A DNA stretch of 64,000 bases, taken from the NCBI GenBank assembly GCA_047495785.1, contig JBLDXI010000013.1, positions 1,426,001 to 1,490,000 on the forward strand. The letters run 5' to 3'. Position numbers and translations under genes: made by a program. This document shows, one piece after another, positions 14,296 to 28,693 of the stretch; position 1 is the first letter of the stretch; each line of letters begins with the position of its first letter. The notes below the pieces were generated by a model. It saw nothing but the letters and a program-made list of their open reading frames with translations, ran no database searches and had not been told where the DNA came from. Source of the stretch: Lepidodermella squamata. Its lineage: Eukaryota; Animalia; Gastrotricha.

Positions 14296-14780
14296 GGCAA
14301 GAGTCTCAAGTGTCTGAGCATGATATGGGTTGTAAAAAAATATCCTGTAATGGATGCGTGTCGTCAACCATGACTCGCGTCCACATAACAGGAAAAAACA
14401 CCTGTTTACCTGGAATCTTATGTGAAAACAAGTTTCTGCCTACATTTGCCGGGTGGCTGTGGGCGGAATTCGTTGTTGTTTTGTTCGGTTGCATCAGGGT
14501 GTCCTTAGAAATTTGCTGAGGCGTTACATCATCCCACTCAAGCTCATCATTTGACACATCGCTGAGAATACCACAACCAGCTTTTTATATAGATAAATAA
14601 TGGATTTTATTGTCTTATATATCTCAGTTTCTCCACACAGTACTCAGTACTTCTTGATTATTGTTGATAACTAGGGTGCTTTGGGAAAAATATGGTATAA
14701 GCGAATTTTCTCAGTATCAGTTGCTCGGAAATTTATCATTGAATGGCGGCTTCGATGACGATTAGGGTCTGTGCTCAGAT

Positions 14781-15277
14781 TTACTTACACAGGCAACCAT
14801 GCTCGCGATCCTCTGCAGTCATTTTATAGCCATTCTCAGGGCAGCAAGACGGGTCTCGGTCCCAGGTGGTCGGATTCTCTGAATAGGGATCGGCGAGAAC
14901 GCAAAGTCCAACGCAAAGGCGATAATTTCCACTAGTAAGGCCACCCTCGGTCATTGAAAAATCACAATATGCCGAGCAGATGCAGCGGTTCATACACACG
15001 CTGTACACCACATTCTTGTTCTGGCGTGATTTCATTGAACAACGGCGAGGGCAGAAACTATAATGAAACATAACAATATAATTTAATAGGAGAGAAATCA
15101 AATTCTGGCTACTTACCCGAATTTATCCTCGAGCTTCACATTGGACACGCTCTCCTTTGATGCATCCTCGGCAGCAGCTACAGCTTGACTGAGAAATGTT
15201 GGCACTGATCGAACCGGCACAGCCGTGATGGCAATGCTGACAATAGACGCGATTAAAACAGGGGTGAATTTCGACAT
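14781..15277 (-). CDS. Secreted cysteine-rich prepropeptide (145 aa, 12 Cys), family unknown. Exons 15277-15117, 15057-14781
   Basis: Signal peptide MSKFTPVLIASIVSIAITAVPVRS, then an Ala/acidic linker. A phase-2 GTAAGT..TAG intron joins it in frame to FCPRRC...CMNRCICSAYC...CVGLC...CC...CLCK*. A TATA box lies upstream. Confidence 0.75.
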
Positions 15278-15362
15278 AGTTTCTTGCTTGTCTAACAATT
15301 TATATTAGAAGCAAAGCTAGCTTTCAAATGCCGAATGTGATGAATTTCAGCCCTCACCCGGC

Positions 15363-15372
15363 TATTTATATA
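15363..15372 (-). promoter_or_regulatory. TATA box of the Cys-rich peptide gene
   Basis: The minus strand reads TATATAAATA about 90 nt upstream of the ATG at 15277. Confidence 0.5.
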
Positions 15373-16086
15373 GCAGCCATCAATTTGGCATTTGCAATCA
15401 CTGAATCGGATTATCGGAACGCCACACCTTGCGTGGTTAATCCATCTGACACCTCAAAATTTCATTGCAGAAATCCTGCAGTCTGCGTAAAACAGGTAAT
15501 TATGTGAAGCCTTATAATTCCAAAAATCTTTTATTTTCTTCAACAAGAGACATGATTATTAGCTGATGCATGCGGCCACCTGGCTTCTGAGTAGGTTCCT
15601 ACGCGTAAATGAGTGTCAATTACTTTCATAAATTCCTCCGAATCACTGTGAGTTATAATGCTTCTTTATGGCCAGTGCCTGGTTTATCTCATAAATATTT
15701 AGGTTGATCATGTATGATGGCTTATCTATAGCCACCCTCAATCCTTCCGCAATCCACCCCCCAAATTTCCAGCCATCGTTCCAATTTTGCGAGCTATCAA
15801 GTAACGTTGCCAATAAAATAATTGATTGACCGATTAATTGATGATCTCGCTTGCATGCTTCTCATTTTATTAAAATTTGATAAAAAAAAAGCAATTAAAT
15901 GAAAATAAATACGTGCCTTTCTAAAATGGCAACAAGATCAATCGAACAAAAGTAGGACACCATGAAAGAACTTTTTCGCTAAAAAAAGCAGCTGCCGAAT
16001 AATCAGAGAAGAGGTGATGGCTTTTAACGATGAGATCAATCGAACGGAATAAGTCATTATTATTTGTTCAATGAAATGCTCCTTTT

Positions 16087-17612
16087 CTAGAGATTCCAGC
16101 GCAGAAGACCGTAGTTTACGTACCAGTTCGAAATGGAGCATTTCCCCATGACATCTCGAAAATTACCCGGCTTCACGGGCTCAACAGGCTGCGGGTCTTT
16201 TTGCCACAGCTCATCGCAGAGTTTTCGAAATCCTCGCACGACGTGATTTTCCTCGTCCAACTCTTGTGTGTATTGCCAGTCGAAAAATGGCTTCAATTCA
16301 GCCGCTTTAGACCGCCCCAGGCGGTGTAAATAGTTGGCGAAATCCATTTGCTCACCGAAGCTTTCAACATTGACAAACGAGCCATTGGGCAATAGGCGAT
16401 CATAATTGTCCTTCCCAGCGCCTAGAACAACCGGGATCAACCCGTAGTGGCGACTTATATTATAGGCATTGAATACTTTCTCGCTCATATACTGCGAAAA
16501 TAATTGTTAAAATCAAATAAATCTTTCAAAAAAGTTGCAACTCATACCTCATCACACAGTGAATTTTCGAAAGCAAAGTAGAACCGATGATTGCTGATGA
16601 ATTCGGGGCGTAAAATTTCGTCCCAGGTCATATGGTTATTATTACACCCGCCTACAAGGTTGACATTCACCCCATAAAGTATTCGCAGGTGATCGACAAG
16701 ATGCTCACGCCGGCTGTGAGTCAGGCCGCAATTACTAACGACCCATAAAGCATCGTATTTACGGCGCTGAAATGACGTCGTAAATCGATCTATCCGATCG
16801 GCGATGGAATTATTTGCATCGGCCACTGTGATGCCGCGAAATTGAACCATCGGCATGTGAATATCCGCCTTTCCGTAATACGTCATGGTTGAGTTGAACT
16901 TGGGTAGGTGATCAATCCATTGCTGGGAACCTGTTTTATCTTCGTTCAACATGCTGTTTATCGGCGATTCCAGTAAGTAGAACACCCAATTTTGCGCCGG
17001 CTTCCTCCGCGCGGGCAGATCGCTTGTCTCGAGATCCCGGCCGTGGAACACAACGCTACTTGAATCATCAAGTAATTTGCGATCTGTCGATAGGAAGCAC
17101 GTTTGCTTGTGGTTATCGTCCTGCCCTGTTCTGTATAAAATAGGCCCGTTATTCGCATCCATCAATTTGGCCCAACTTTCGTCTTGGAAGAACGGGGTCC
17201 ACAACAGGATTAGCTTTGAATTCGTTTTATTGGTAGCCGGGTTCCATTTAGGGATCGGCTTTTTCCACCGCCACTCTGGTACATCATCCGGTCTTATATC
17301 GATAACAACTTCAGACTCGACTGTCAATTCGCTCAGCGATATCGAGTCATTCTCAATTGAAAGATTACTGAACTGAACCAGAAGTGTTTGGCGCAAAATA
17401 GTTTGCTCCTTCGCATCGGCAATGTCCGGGTAGGCTGCGGTTTCGATCACAGCGATAACAGCGAATGTGATCAGTCCAATGAGGGCCATTGCCGAGGTGT
17501 AGAAAAGCATCCACCAGAGGGTGCGTTTGATTCGCCGGGTGGGATGGCAAACGCTAGCGGGTTGAATCGGAAGCGCGCAATGATAATACTCAGGCTTAAG
17601 TTGGACCTTCAT
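16087..17612 (-). CDS. Alpha-1,3/4-fucosyltransferase (GT10), type II membrane protein, about 489 aa. Exons 17612-16548, 16491-16087
   Basis: N-terminal TM segment (LWWMLFYTSAMALIGLITFAVIAVI), VVFH, QNWVFYLLESP, FNSTMTY, WVVSNC, and the alpha-1,3-FT motif FYFAFENSLCDE|YMSEK followed by IPVVLG. Confidence 0.92.
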
Positions 17613-18923
17613 TTTGAGCCGGCTCTTTTCTTTGGACGCAATGTTTTCTGCGAGAAGACGAGCTTGTTTTCTAGGCAAAATGATATGCGCGTTGTTAGGG
17701 TGTTGTTTTGTTCGAAATTAATAAATTATCCGGCGAACAATTTGACCCTACCGCAAAGGTGCGCAGCATTCGATAAAGAATATTACCGCATAGCACCGCC
17801 TTAAATATGTAACCGGCATTGTTTAGCAAGAGCGGTATAAATAATTAGCACCACTTTGCTATCGGAAAAAAAGCAGCAACCAGGGTTCTTCTACCCATTC
17901 ATCTTTAATAGCCCTTTAATTAGTAACGCAATTCGATTAGCATCCGCTGCAACCAGGGTTCAGGGTGCAAACAGCCCATAGTTACGCCTGTGAACAGGTC
18001 AAAAATAAATGTTTGCTCAGTAGGCGCTCACTTTTTATTTCTTGTTTGTTTTATCCGTATTGATCAACATTCTATAAGCACGAAAAGCAAAAAATTAGAT
18101 AATAATTCAATAATTATTGAAGAGAAACGAAAGAAAGCGTTCATGTTTATCAACTCATTCCAAACGAGTAGTAAGTTTTCGAGAATGAATCCGTTCAATT
18201 TTCATTTCTCCTTTGAAGTCTCAACAACGTTATCTGGGCGGTTGATCAGAAGCAAAAAGCGGCTTCTTCCATACTCACATTATAATAGTCTTTTTTTGAT
18301 GTGATTATGATAAAAATTAAAATATATATAATTTCTTCAGTTAAAACAATATTCATGTGCATTCGTGTATATAACAATAAGTATCATATAAAACAATTGT
18401 ACAAAACAATTCAATCATTCCTTGCGTGTTTAAGAGCCGCCGAGACGTTAGACCGAAACAGAGAGAGACACGCATAATGAAAACATCAAACGAGATTGTA
18501 AAATGCGAGCAATAAAACAAGAAGATTTCGATTCATCGCACCAACATTCAAAAAAATTCGAACAGAGACGACGTTTGAGCGGGTATGAAGTATGAAAACA
18601 CAGCTCATTGAAGCAATTAATGGAGCTACAACTTGAAGAATTAAAGGCAAGTAAAAGGAAGTGCTTCGAAACTCTTATTGAAACTCATTGTTGATGTTGT
18701 GGAGCATAGGTCGGAAGAGAGAAGTAATTACTCAAATTTGATCTCTGAATTGCAACAGTTTTCGCTGGAAAAAGTTCTTTTGAGTCAGAAAAACAAGGAA
18801 AAAATAACAGAAAATAGTAGTTTTTCCAACAAGGAGAATCTTTTCGGATATAATATAGGTATGAGAAAGCAGCGGTAAGTTTGAACATCATCCTCATTGA
18901 AGTGCGTTTTTCGTAGGAGAAAA

Positions 18924-21900
18924 TCACAGGTTATAAGAAACGTAAATCGGATCTAACTGGTCGGCGAGAAATGCGTCCCGTAGTAGCGCCCGCTGCTTTT
19001 CGCCACGCGAATTCAGCGGAACCACGCCAGGCTCGACTATTACAACGACCCCGGCGATGAGTTGGTGCGCTTCTAATAGGCACCTGGTCGCTGCTGGGAT
19101 CAAATCCAACGCCCAGGCTTCCGGGCCGTCGAATTCGATAACAGCAACGAGAAGATTCGAAGCTAGGAACACGGCGCATTCCGGTATGCGGCGCGGGTCC
19201 AACTTTTGAAGCGTTGCTTCGAGATCGCACGGTTGGTAACGTTGGTTATTCACGAATATTGAGTGTTCAATCGGTCCGATGATAAATAGCGACCCGGCAC
19301 GGATGAAGCCTAAAAATCCCGTTCTCGCAAAAATTGTCGATGTATCACCTGTTTCGAGCCGGGCGCAGAAGCGAGAGTCGAACGGGGCTAGAAGTGCATC
19401 GGCGTCTTGATCGCCCTCAGTCACGCCACCAACTGTGTAAAAGCCGTTGGTATTGTGAGGCGATGCAACCCAAACTTCGCCGAGATGGTCCTCGCCCAGT
19501 TGGGCGCGCGTTTCAGGGTTAGCGATGACAACCTTCGCGCCGGGTAAAACTCGACCGCACGCCGTCAGGCAAACAGCATAAGGCGAGCCTCGTTCAACAA
19601 TGCTCAAACGATCGTTTCGCAGAGATTTGGTATCAATGTGCACCTTGAAAAAATTAAAAAAAGCATGAATAATCATTCAACATTTAAATTTCTCTTTCTG
19701 TTTTAGGTTGAGTACTTCTTTCGAATTCGAAATAATGAATTAAGAAATTTTGATTCGGCTCCTAAAATCCTAATATTATATTCTCCTCTCTTTTTTCGTG
19801 ACGGAAATACGAAAGCATTATGAGTTTATGCCAATAATGAGGCCGCGGTCGGCGACAGAAGCGAAAACAATACACGTCAGTCAGTGCATTTCTCCTCAGA
19901 AAACAATCAATCAGGGCCGAATAAATGTATTCAAATGACTTTAAGGAAGCGATTATTAATAATTCTATTTCAGCTATCCCCTCGTGCAATATTTACTCTT
20001 AACAAAATCAATATTTGGTCAAGAATTTCAAAATTATTACGCTAACGTAAACAAAAGTTTGAATATTTGAGCCTAGAGCAAGAGGTTGCACTTAAATGCA
20101 AAAAAATGTACCTGTTCCGGCTCGGGTGCATTTGACGGCTGCATGCAAATAGCCACATTCATTCGACAGCCAAAAGCCGCCGTAACACACCGACGTTGCA
20201 GTCCGTGAGATTGAAAAGCCTTAACAAACTGCGACATGAGGGCAGAATGAGGCCGCTCTTCTGATACCACAATACAAGACCGAACGTTCGTTAGCGAAAT
20301 TCGATTTTCTTCGTCCTTTAGTAACGGCGAGGATGTTGGGTTTTGGAAAAATGCCCTGACGCAAAGTTCCAACGTTGCAGGCGAGACAAAAATATCTCGC
20401 ATTTGTAACGCACTGGCAGCTCGGAGCCAACAAAACGGGTCTGAATCAATCTCACTCAGAGGTGCTACGATGGTTTTGTGCCCAGCGTAGACAGATTCGA
20501 GCGCGAATAGAGCGAACCCAAGCCCTGATAACGGGTCTAGACCGGCGAGTAGAATATCTCTAGAAGGGTACAACTCGGCCTGCATCTTCACACAACGGCA
20601 TAATGAAAGAGCTGATGCATGCGAAACTCGTACTCCAGTCAGCGAGCCAGTCGATGACACAATCAAATCGATGTACATCGTAGTATCAAGAGATTGGGGC
20701 CGGTAGACGTTAGCTAGGCGTTTACTAGACGAATTCGACCGGGCGCCGTCAACTGCGATAATTTTCGGCAGCTTCCTTAATTTTCCGCCGGATCCATTTT
20801 TCGGCGGTAGTAACATTTTCATGGCTTCTTTCGAGCGGAAAAATCTCGCCATTTGTGGTGTGCAAATTAAGGCGGCTGGTTTGCAAATTTGAATGGTTAG
20901 CACGCATGAGCTCAGCGTGGCTGGTAGGTTGCCCATCAAAGGATTTCGAACCACCATCGGGACACAGCCGACGTAGAATGCGCCGTAAACAGCAGCCAGA
21001 AAATCACAGCTTGGCGCCGGCAGTAATATGACAACACGATCACCGCTCTGAACTCTCGCCTTTTCCAGAAGTTGACACGCAACTCGCTCGGCTCGTTTGT
21101 GAAGCTGCAGGGCGGTTAAATCTTGCTCAGCCATGCCCTTGTGGGTAACAAATGAGTATAAAACTCGATCAGGATCTCGTTGTGCCAGAATTCTCAGGCG
21201 TTCAGATAGGCAAGCCTGATTAGCTAGACTACTCGATGAATGGTCGTTGTGATGGCTACCCGGGGTGGGGGTAGTTGTCATTCTGGAATGATGAGAGGTG
21301 CAGCTGGAAACTGTATTCAGCCCGTTATTGTACACCATGGCCGATTGCGAGTCGAAAGACTCGGATTTCGCCATCAAACTCGATTGAGACACGATTTGAG
21401 GACCTTGAGCCACTGCAAACCGCTGACCGTGCAGCAAGTTACTCAACAACTGAGCCGATGGGTGAACAGCGGCCGGGGTCAATCGAGGTTGAGGTAAATT
21501 AGTGATAGCCGAATGAGGGCACAGCAAAATATTGGTGGGGTGAAGATGGCCGTCTTCGAACAACCGCCGAACCGCATGCCTATTAATGAAGCCCTGGGGT
21601 GTTCGAGGCAACCGGCCTGGTTGAACCACGGCCAGCGAATACAGCGAAACGTTGTGGAGTGAATCGATAGCTTGAATCACCTTGGCCATCCAAGCGAAAG
21701 CAGCCGAGTCTGTAGGGTGTTCGTTGCAATTTTGCTCAACAACTGCGACGATTCTCTCATCTCTCGCCAATTTAACCGGTACAACACAAAGCCGAGCTCT
21801 GTACACAAAATTTTGCGGCTCCACTGCTAGTATGGTCGCCGCTAAATCGTCCGCCGAATAACGCCGGGAGTTGGTGAAAATCGATAATTCCCGGCTCCCA

Positions 21901-24900
21901 ACCACAAAAACACTTCCAGTCGATGAAACGAACCCGAAGAGACCCGAACGCGTGAAATAAACCGGCGGGTTACTCGTGCTCGGCAGGGTCGACCCGAACA
22001 TTTCAGGATTTTGAGGCGGCTGGTGAGGACGCGGCTGATTCAGCTGTAGCTTGAAAGTTAAGGCGGATTGACCCGGTAGATCGAAATACGACGGTGACCA
22101 TTGGCCATGCCGGGAGACGCAAATTTCACCGATTTCATCTGGTTTGCATAAATCGACGTAAGACCCTTGAACGTCAGCGCCATACGAGTGATTCGTCAAT
22201 TTAACAACAGCCAGGGTCGAGGCCGGTAGAGGCGTTCCGCAGTCTAAAACATAAAAATATTATATAAGCAGTATATAAAAAGAGATGAACAACGCGCACC
22301 TTGGATAGCTAAACATCTCAAAGTTGAACAGTCGATTTGAACCTTGTTAACTGAGAGTTGGTCCAGCGAAAGGCGTGCATCCCCGATCACGTGACCGGGG
22401 CGTCTTACGGAAACGGTCAGACACTCAGGGCTGAAAGCAATCGGAGTGATCGAATCCGCCTTGAAACCAGACGATGCAAACTGCGAGGCGAATGATTCGC
22501 ACGGAGAAACCGTCCAGGAATTAGCTGCATCAGCGACGATTAATTGGCGGATCGACGATAAATCGAACTTCAAATCCAGGTTATTTCCGCCAGATTTACT
22601 CTGCTCAAGCTTTTCAGCTCGATGAGACATAACCGTCCAGTAAAGGTCACGACTTCTCGTCAGAACGACGGCTGGTTTCTGCTTCGACACAATTCGAAGC
22701 CAAAGCAGCGGGTCAGCTTTCACCTGGGCGAAATTTACAATAAGCACGTGCATTCCGTAGTAAACACTGGCCAGCAGTGAGAACCAAATGCCGAAATCAC
22801 GTTTTGTATCCAGCAAATTCACGACGAGTTGGCCCTCGACGATACCGAGGCCGGAACTGAGACTTTGCAGATGCTTGGTTACGCATTCGTAAGTTAGAGA
22901 AACAGGTAATACATCGCCGTCGCGAGTGACGGAATACTGAATGAAGGCTAATTGCGACTCGAGAGATGAAGGACTTGATTCGGGGGTGACGTAAGGTTTC
23001 CAATTTTTCGCCGGCTTCGCCAGTGAGTTGGCGATCGATTGATCAAAAAGAAGCCAAGAAACGTGCGGCCAGCATTTAATTGGTGACACAGTGCCGGATT
23101 GGTTGTCTTTATTCAGACCACGGAATACGTCGAGGGAGGTCAGAACAACCTGCGCGCCAACTGCGCCTACAAAAATTCCGATAGACTGGCAAAACGACTC
23201 CCGCCTCGCATTGGTAGGCGGGTCGATTGGAACCGGCACAAGACCAGCTAACAAACATGCGTAAAACGCTGTCGCGAAAGAAATCGCATCGCCCATAGAA
23301 TAGGCGAGAACTATTCTTGAGCCAGGTTTGAGAGGCTCAGACGAAATTTTGCCGTGATGTTCACTCGTCGGCACCAATTGTCCGATTTTCTTGGGGTGGG
23401 ATAGCGCTTGGGCTAATTTTAACGCATTTTCGAGTAGCTTGTGGTAGAAAACAGTCTGGCTGATCTTGCCGGTCCGTGATTCAACGACTGAAATAGCCTG
23501 GCTTCGGTACGTAGAGCTGGATCCGTAGCGAAACAACGCAAATAACGGATTTAAAGCGAGTCCAGACGTTACTTTAAGCGGTTCTGTCACTATGGGTGTC
23601 ATGCAAGGCTCTTGAGTAGATGTATTCGAGTTGTTAGGCCGGTTTTTCGATGCATCTCCAAAAACTATCTCCGAGTCGTCTTGGAAATATTCTTGCAACG
23701 GTTTCGGCTTCGGTCGCCTCAATGTCCGAGCAAGTTGTTCGATTTTTGTCGAGACACGGCCTCGAAATTGCGGGTTTTCTGGCTGGTTTGCCGGCATTTT
23801 TAAAGCGGTCTGCGGGGTAGTTTCCAGGGCGCCACTTGTAGCTCGAGTTAACTCAGCCGCATGGGTACCGCGGCCAGCTAAATACATGACTTGTTGCGCT
23901 TTAAAGCCCTTGCTCTTGTTTTTCTTCTTGTTCTTCTTTGGATAACCAAGAGATGCCGTTCCGGAGTTGAAATTCGATAAAATGAGTTGTTGAAGGTCTG
24001 TTGAGCCATTGCTGTTCGCACTACCCAAGCTGTTGTTGTTGTTATTATTATTATTATTGCTGTTGTGATGACTCGCGTAATTTTGATTCTGGTTCTCAGC
24101 CCCTACTCTGTCATCCAAATTTCGTAGGTCGAGAATGATATCCGGCACTTGCTCTGATACCATGCCATTCGCGTCGATAACTAAATGCCGTCCATTAACG
24201 GACGATGTTGTAGACGTTGAAAGGGGTAGCGAGGCTGAGTTTGACGGCGAACTGGACGTCGTTTTCGCTAAAACCGACCCGTTGCTGGGCTCGGTTTGCT
24301 GTTTCGGAGTCATTTCCGCAACTTGATCGACCGGGCCGACTGAACTTGCTTTCTTACCAGGCGTAGTCGGGGTGGACGGTTCGCCGGTACGATGCGCGGA
24401 CGATGATTTCCTGCGCCGGTAACGATTGCTCGCTGATTCGGCGAGTAATTGTTTCGAGGATAACGAAACAGAAGACGCCCGTGCTCGACTTCCACGGCCT
24501 TGAACTGCCGATGAGGAAGAGGCGGCTGAAACAACTGACGGGTGTAAATTCGCCCTGAAGTGATGCTTATCTTCACTGAAATTGTTCAACGCCTCAATGA
24601 CAGCTTCAGTCCGGATTTCTAAATTGAAGAGAGGAAAAATGAGAAAATTATTCAAACAGGTGTTAACAAAGGAGCTCTTGGGATAAGGGACGAGAGAGAA
24701 GCTGTCAAAAATTATTATTTGTGGTTTGTACCCGGCATTTTAATTAAGAATTGTCGCTAAAATAACAATAAGCGGCAACGCGATGCAGAGAAACAAACAC
24801 GCGAGTTGATGATGATCCTCAATGATAACTGGCTTGAGGCATCAGCAGCATCCCATAATTTTGGCAAGTAAATAAAAACAGTGTTTTCCTAATAATACCT

Positions 24901-27900
24901 GTTGAACGAAAAATCACTTTCTGATGCGGTCATAAACGCGAGAAGACATGTTGCTGTCAGACTAACGATTATTTCTCGAGAAAACAGACATGTGAAAAGT
25001 AGCGAGAGCTGCAGCGCCAGGTGGCTCGATTTCAGTTTTTATGGCTCGCAAATAACACACAGTTGGAACGATTATGCGATCGCTGAGCAATCAACAGAAG
25101 CAACAAATGCTAATAATGTAAAGGCTGCATGGTCGTATATCACGCAAAATGGCCAGCGAGCAGCGTAATTGTTGAGCGGAAGATCCAGCCAAGGTGTGCG
25201 TGCGAACTCTTGACCCGAGCCACGCGGCGGCGGCTGGCTGGAAAGGCGGCGATGTTTTACGCAACATGAACTAGCTTAACGCGTGCGTGAGTATATGCAA
25301 TTCCGAGCTGAACACGGGAGATAAAATTCTTTACGTAATACAAGAAGCAAAATGCCAGATTCGGCCATCACTCAAAAGCACTCGACCTAATTGCCTATTA
25401 ATAGCAACCTCTACCTATGCATGTGTGCATGTAACATCAGCAGACATTTTGAAAAACCAGAAAAACATTCAGGAAGAGCCGGCCAAAACAAATTATACAC
25501 ACACGCGCGCAGTTAGGTATGTCAATAAACAAACTTTTAGGCGGGAGTAAATAAATAAACCTTGACCTTATTATTTTTTCCCAAAATACTGGTAGGTATG
25601 TAATAAAACCAAAATTGAACGTAGGAGAAGGGTGGGAGAGTCGCAACTCATTATTTTTAAGGTGGCTGCACAAAATAATTGCGCGTATATATACCTTACG
25701 ACTGCGATATTTTTTGTAATGAATGCGTGGGTAAATAGAATTGAAATTAGAAAATAAAAAGCTTACCTGACTGAAAATGCGAGTCGTCGAGTGTGGCATT
25801 TGCCCCGTGCGGCGCGTGTTGAGAATTAACCGTCGAGCCTTTTTGATTGTCCAAGTAGTGCTGACAAATCTCGTCTAAATCTGGATCTTCGTCCGACAAG
25901 TAGTCAGGCTCGGCCGCCGTGCCGTTTTTGTTGTTATTGTTGGCGGCAGGAGGGCCGTTTTGCCCACCGCCGCTGTCGCTAGCCATCAATTGTTGCTTTT
26001 TCAGTTTAGAACAAGCGAGTGTTATAGTGGCAGTTGAATGCGGCTGCTGTAGAGGAGCAGCGCCGGCCACCAGCGAGCGGTTATTGTTATTACTATTAGT
26101 TTCATTTCTGTCAAGATACGTCTCAAATTCCTCCTCGACTTCATCATCGTCGTCACTGGTCGTTAGTTCCTCAGACTCGAAGCTCAGGTTTTCATTATCA
26201 GGCTCATTTTTCCCATTACCAGTTCTGTTTCTAGTGTTATTGCAGTCGAAATAGAGTAGAGTAGGACCGCGAGCTGCTTCGAGTATGCGCTGCTTCTTCT
26301 TCAGATAGCCCTTCTCCGTGATGTCACCTGGTGAGGAGGAAAGTTACAAAAAGCACAATTATCGCATCTGCGTGAATGAATGAATGGATGAGCATATGTG
26401 TATCAGTCTCGAAAATGGCTGAGGGCAAACACAAAGGCAGCGCTAAAATAATGTGCGATAATGAGTATAGCAGCAGCGAGTTGTTTTTCGGCACCGGTTC
26501 AAATTTTTCACACCTGTTTACCGCGCATAAATTGTTTTCCCCTTACAGCGCGTGCGCTTTCCTGCTTCTGCTAGCAGCCCCGCCGTATCTTCCTCCTTTT
26601 CGGCCAAAGTATACACAATCAGTAATAATAACAATAATAATAACAATATTTATATAACTCGATATATTTTTATTGCGCTGCTAACTGCAAGCATATGCGC
26701 TCAACACTCCTCGGTCTTTGGGCAGTAGTGATATTTTTATGATTATCCACCCACACGTAACTCCACTCGTGTTTTCATCAACACACCGAGCACGGAGAGT
26801 CGCTTTTATGTCACTACCGCCGCCATGCGGTGGACAGGGGCAGTGCCGCATACATATATAATGTGACGTGCCACGACTGGCGTTGACTATGGGAACAAAC
26901 ATTTCCGCCGCGGCAATTACCTTTGCATTAGCAGTATATCACAAAAGTACACAACGATATCGCCAACGGCGACAAAGAAAGTTAGCTATATTGTTGTTTT
27001 GTTGTTTCGCTCCGTTTTCATCAGCGTTTCTCGTCATCTCGTCTCAATGGAGCCGTTAGACCGAAAATAACACATTACTTGCGATTACGTTCGCCGTTTT
27101 CGGTATTTATAGCAACACTTTGTAGCCCCGAGCCGCGTATCATCTCTTGACCGTTTCTGAGATTACACTCGAGTCAGCGCCACCAAACAAGACTCTATGA
27201 TTATGATTATGATGATAAGACGCCGATGAAACGCGACCGAAAAATTTCTTGCGCACCCAATTTTTTCTTGCATTCATGGTTGATTTCCACAGACACACTC
27301 GACGCGGCGTACAGGCAGATACACCTCGATTCACGTTCGGCGCCGTGAAAAGCGCGCGAGTACCTTTTTGCAGGAAAAACAGACGCCAGCGCTAATATCG
27401 TGTACAAATAATAATAAATAGCTCTTATGTTTTACCAAAAACAAGGCGCGGCTTTCTATAGCTGCGGCCCATATTGGGTCTTCACGGCGAATAATAACAA
27501 TAATCAGACTCTTGGTTATACACGCGGGTCTTCATCGTTTTTACGATGATGCAGCTGTAAACACGCGGTGAAACAAAGCGGCTCGGCGAATTATTGTTAT
27601 ATTATCATTATGAGAGTTAACTATACCAGAACTTTTTCAAGGGCATGACCCTAAATAAAATATTTTGAGTGTAAATACGCGAGCCGGCGAATATTGTCAT
27701 GCCATTATTATGTAGCCATTACGGGGAATTACATCCGTCAACAGCTCCATGTAAGTATACCTGAATGAGCGTGTAATTTCGGAGCACAATAAGCCGGAAG
27801 AGGCGTAAAGAGAGCAGCAGCAGCATCGCACGCTACATTTGCTATTCAAAGCACGTAGCAAAATATGAATTTGCATTATCACAACATGTAGCTCAAAAGA

Positions 27901-28693
27901 TCGCCCTAGCAAGAGTCAGTAAGAGACAATACAGAAAACAATAATAAAGAATAAATATTAGATAAACACTGAAATGCAAGCAGTCTGTTTGCCAGTTGCC
28001 ACGCTTATATAACCATGTTTCTTTCTTGCAATCAATCGAAAAATTATTTACAAGTAGAAAACAGCAACTAAGCAACTAACATAACAACATCCCTTGCTGG
28101 GCGAATAAATGCAAATAAAGTCCGGAAACGAGAAAAATGCGACATAATATCGATCGATCGGGATCGTATGCTCACAGCCAACATCAAATAAACAAATAAT
28201 AAACGACGGCAGCGCGATGATTTACTACTTTTCGAATATTATTGCCTATCTTGCAAATTTTTGTGATTTAAGCACTCCAACTATCGATTTTTCCTCTTGT
28301 TTTGTTGTTCGTCTGTCCAGGACGAGTGTCCGCTCAAGAGAACACTTCCAAGAAAACAATAAATAACAAAATAGTTTAGCGCCCAAAGCTATTCCTGTTT
28401 CAAATTTTTCCTGTCGCTTGCCTGGGGGAATTTGAGATATTTATTGTGTTGAACGCATATATGCATGGTTGAGTCTATTATGTATGCTACTCCGCTAATT
28501 GAATTTCGATAACAAGAAACTGAGTATTGCAAAACAAACCTTCTAAATATTCAGCATCGAGCTCTCGAAGACGAGCAATGACGTCCTGAGGCAATGAATT
28601 GCCATCGTTACCGGTAATGTTCTGCTTATTTTTGCCGCCATTGCAAGTTTTTGAATGGAGCGGAGCCGAAAAGTAATCCGCCGACGTTGCCAT
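18924..28693 (-). CDS. DIP2: Disco-interacting protein 2 homolog (DMAP1-binding domain plus two acyl-AMP-ligase-like domains), about 1960 aa. Exons 28693-28540, 26327-25767, 24618-22300, 22243-20112, 19643-18924
   Basis: LPQDVIARLRELDAEYLEG|DITEKGYLKKKQRIL (DMAP1-binding), EIRTEAV, RVSTKIEQLARTLRRPK, FGCRMNVAICMQ, and the C-terminus NSRGEKQRALLRDAFLADQLDPIYVSYNL*. Phases are consistent. Confidence 0.95.

Noticed and set aside
14306-14557. Opposing ORFs between the Ly6 and Cys-peptide genes
   Set aside because: No signal peptide, motif or splice support.
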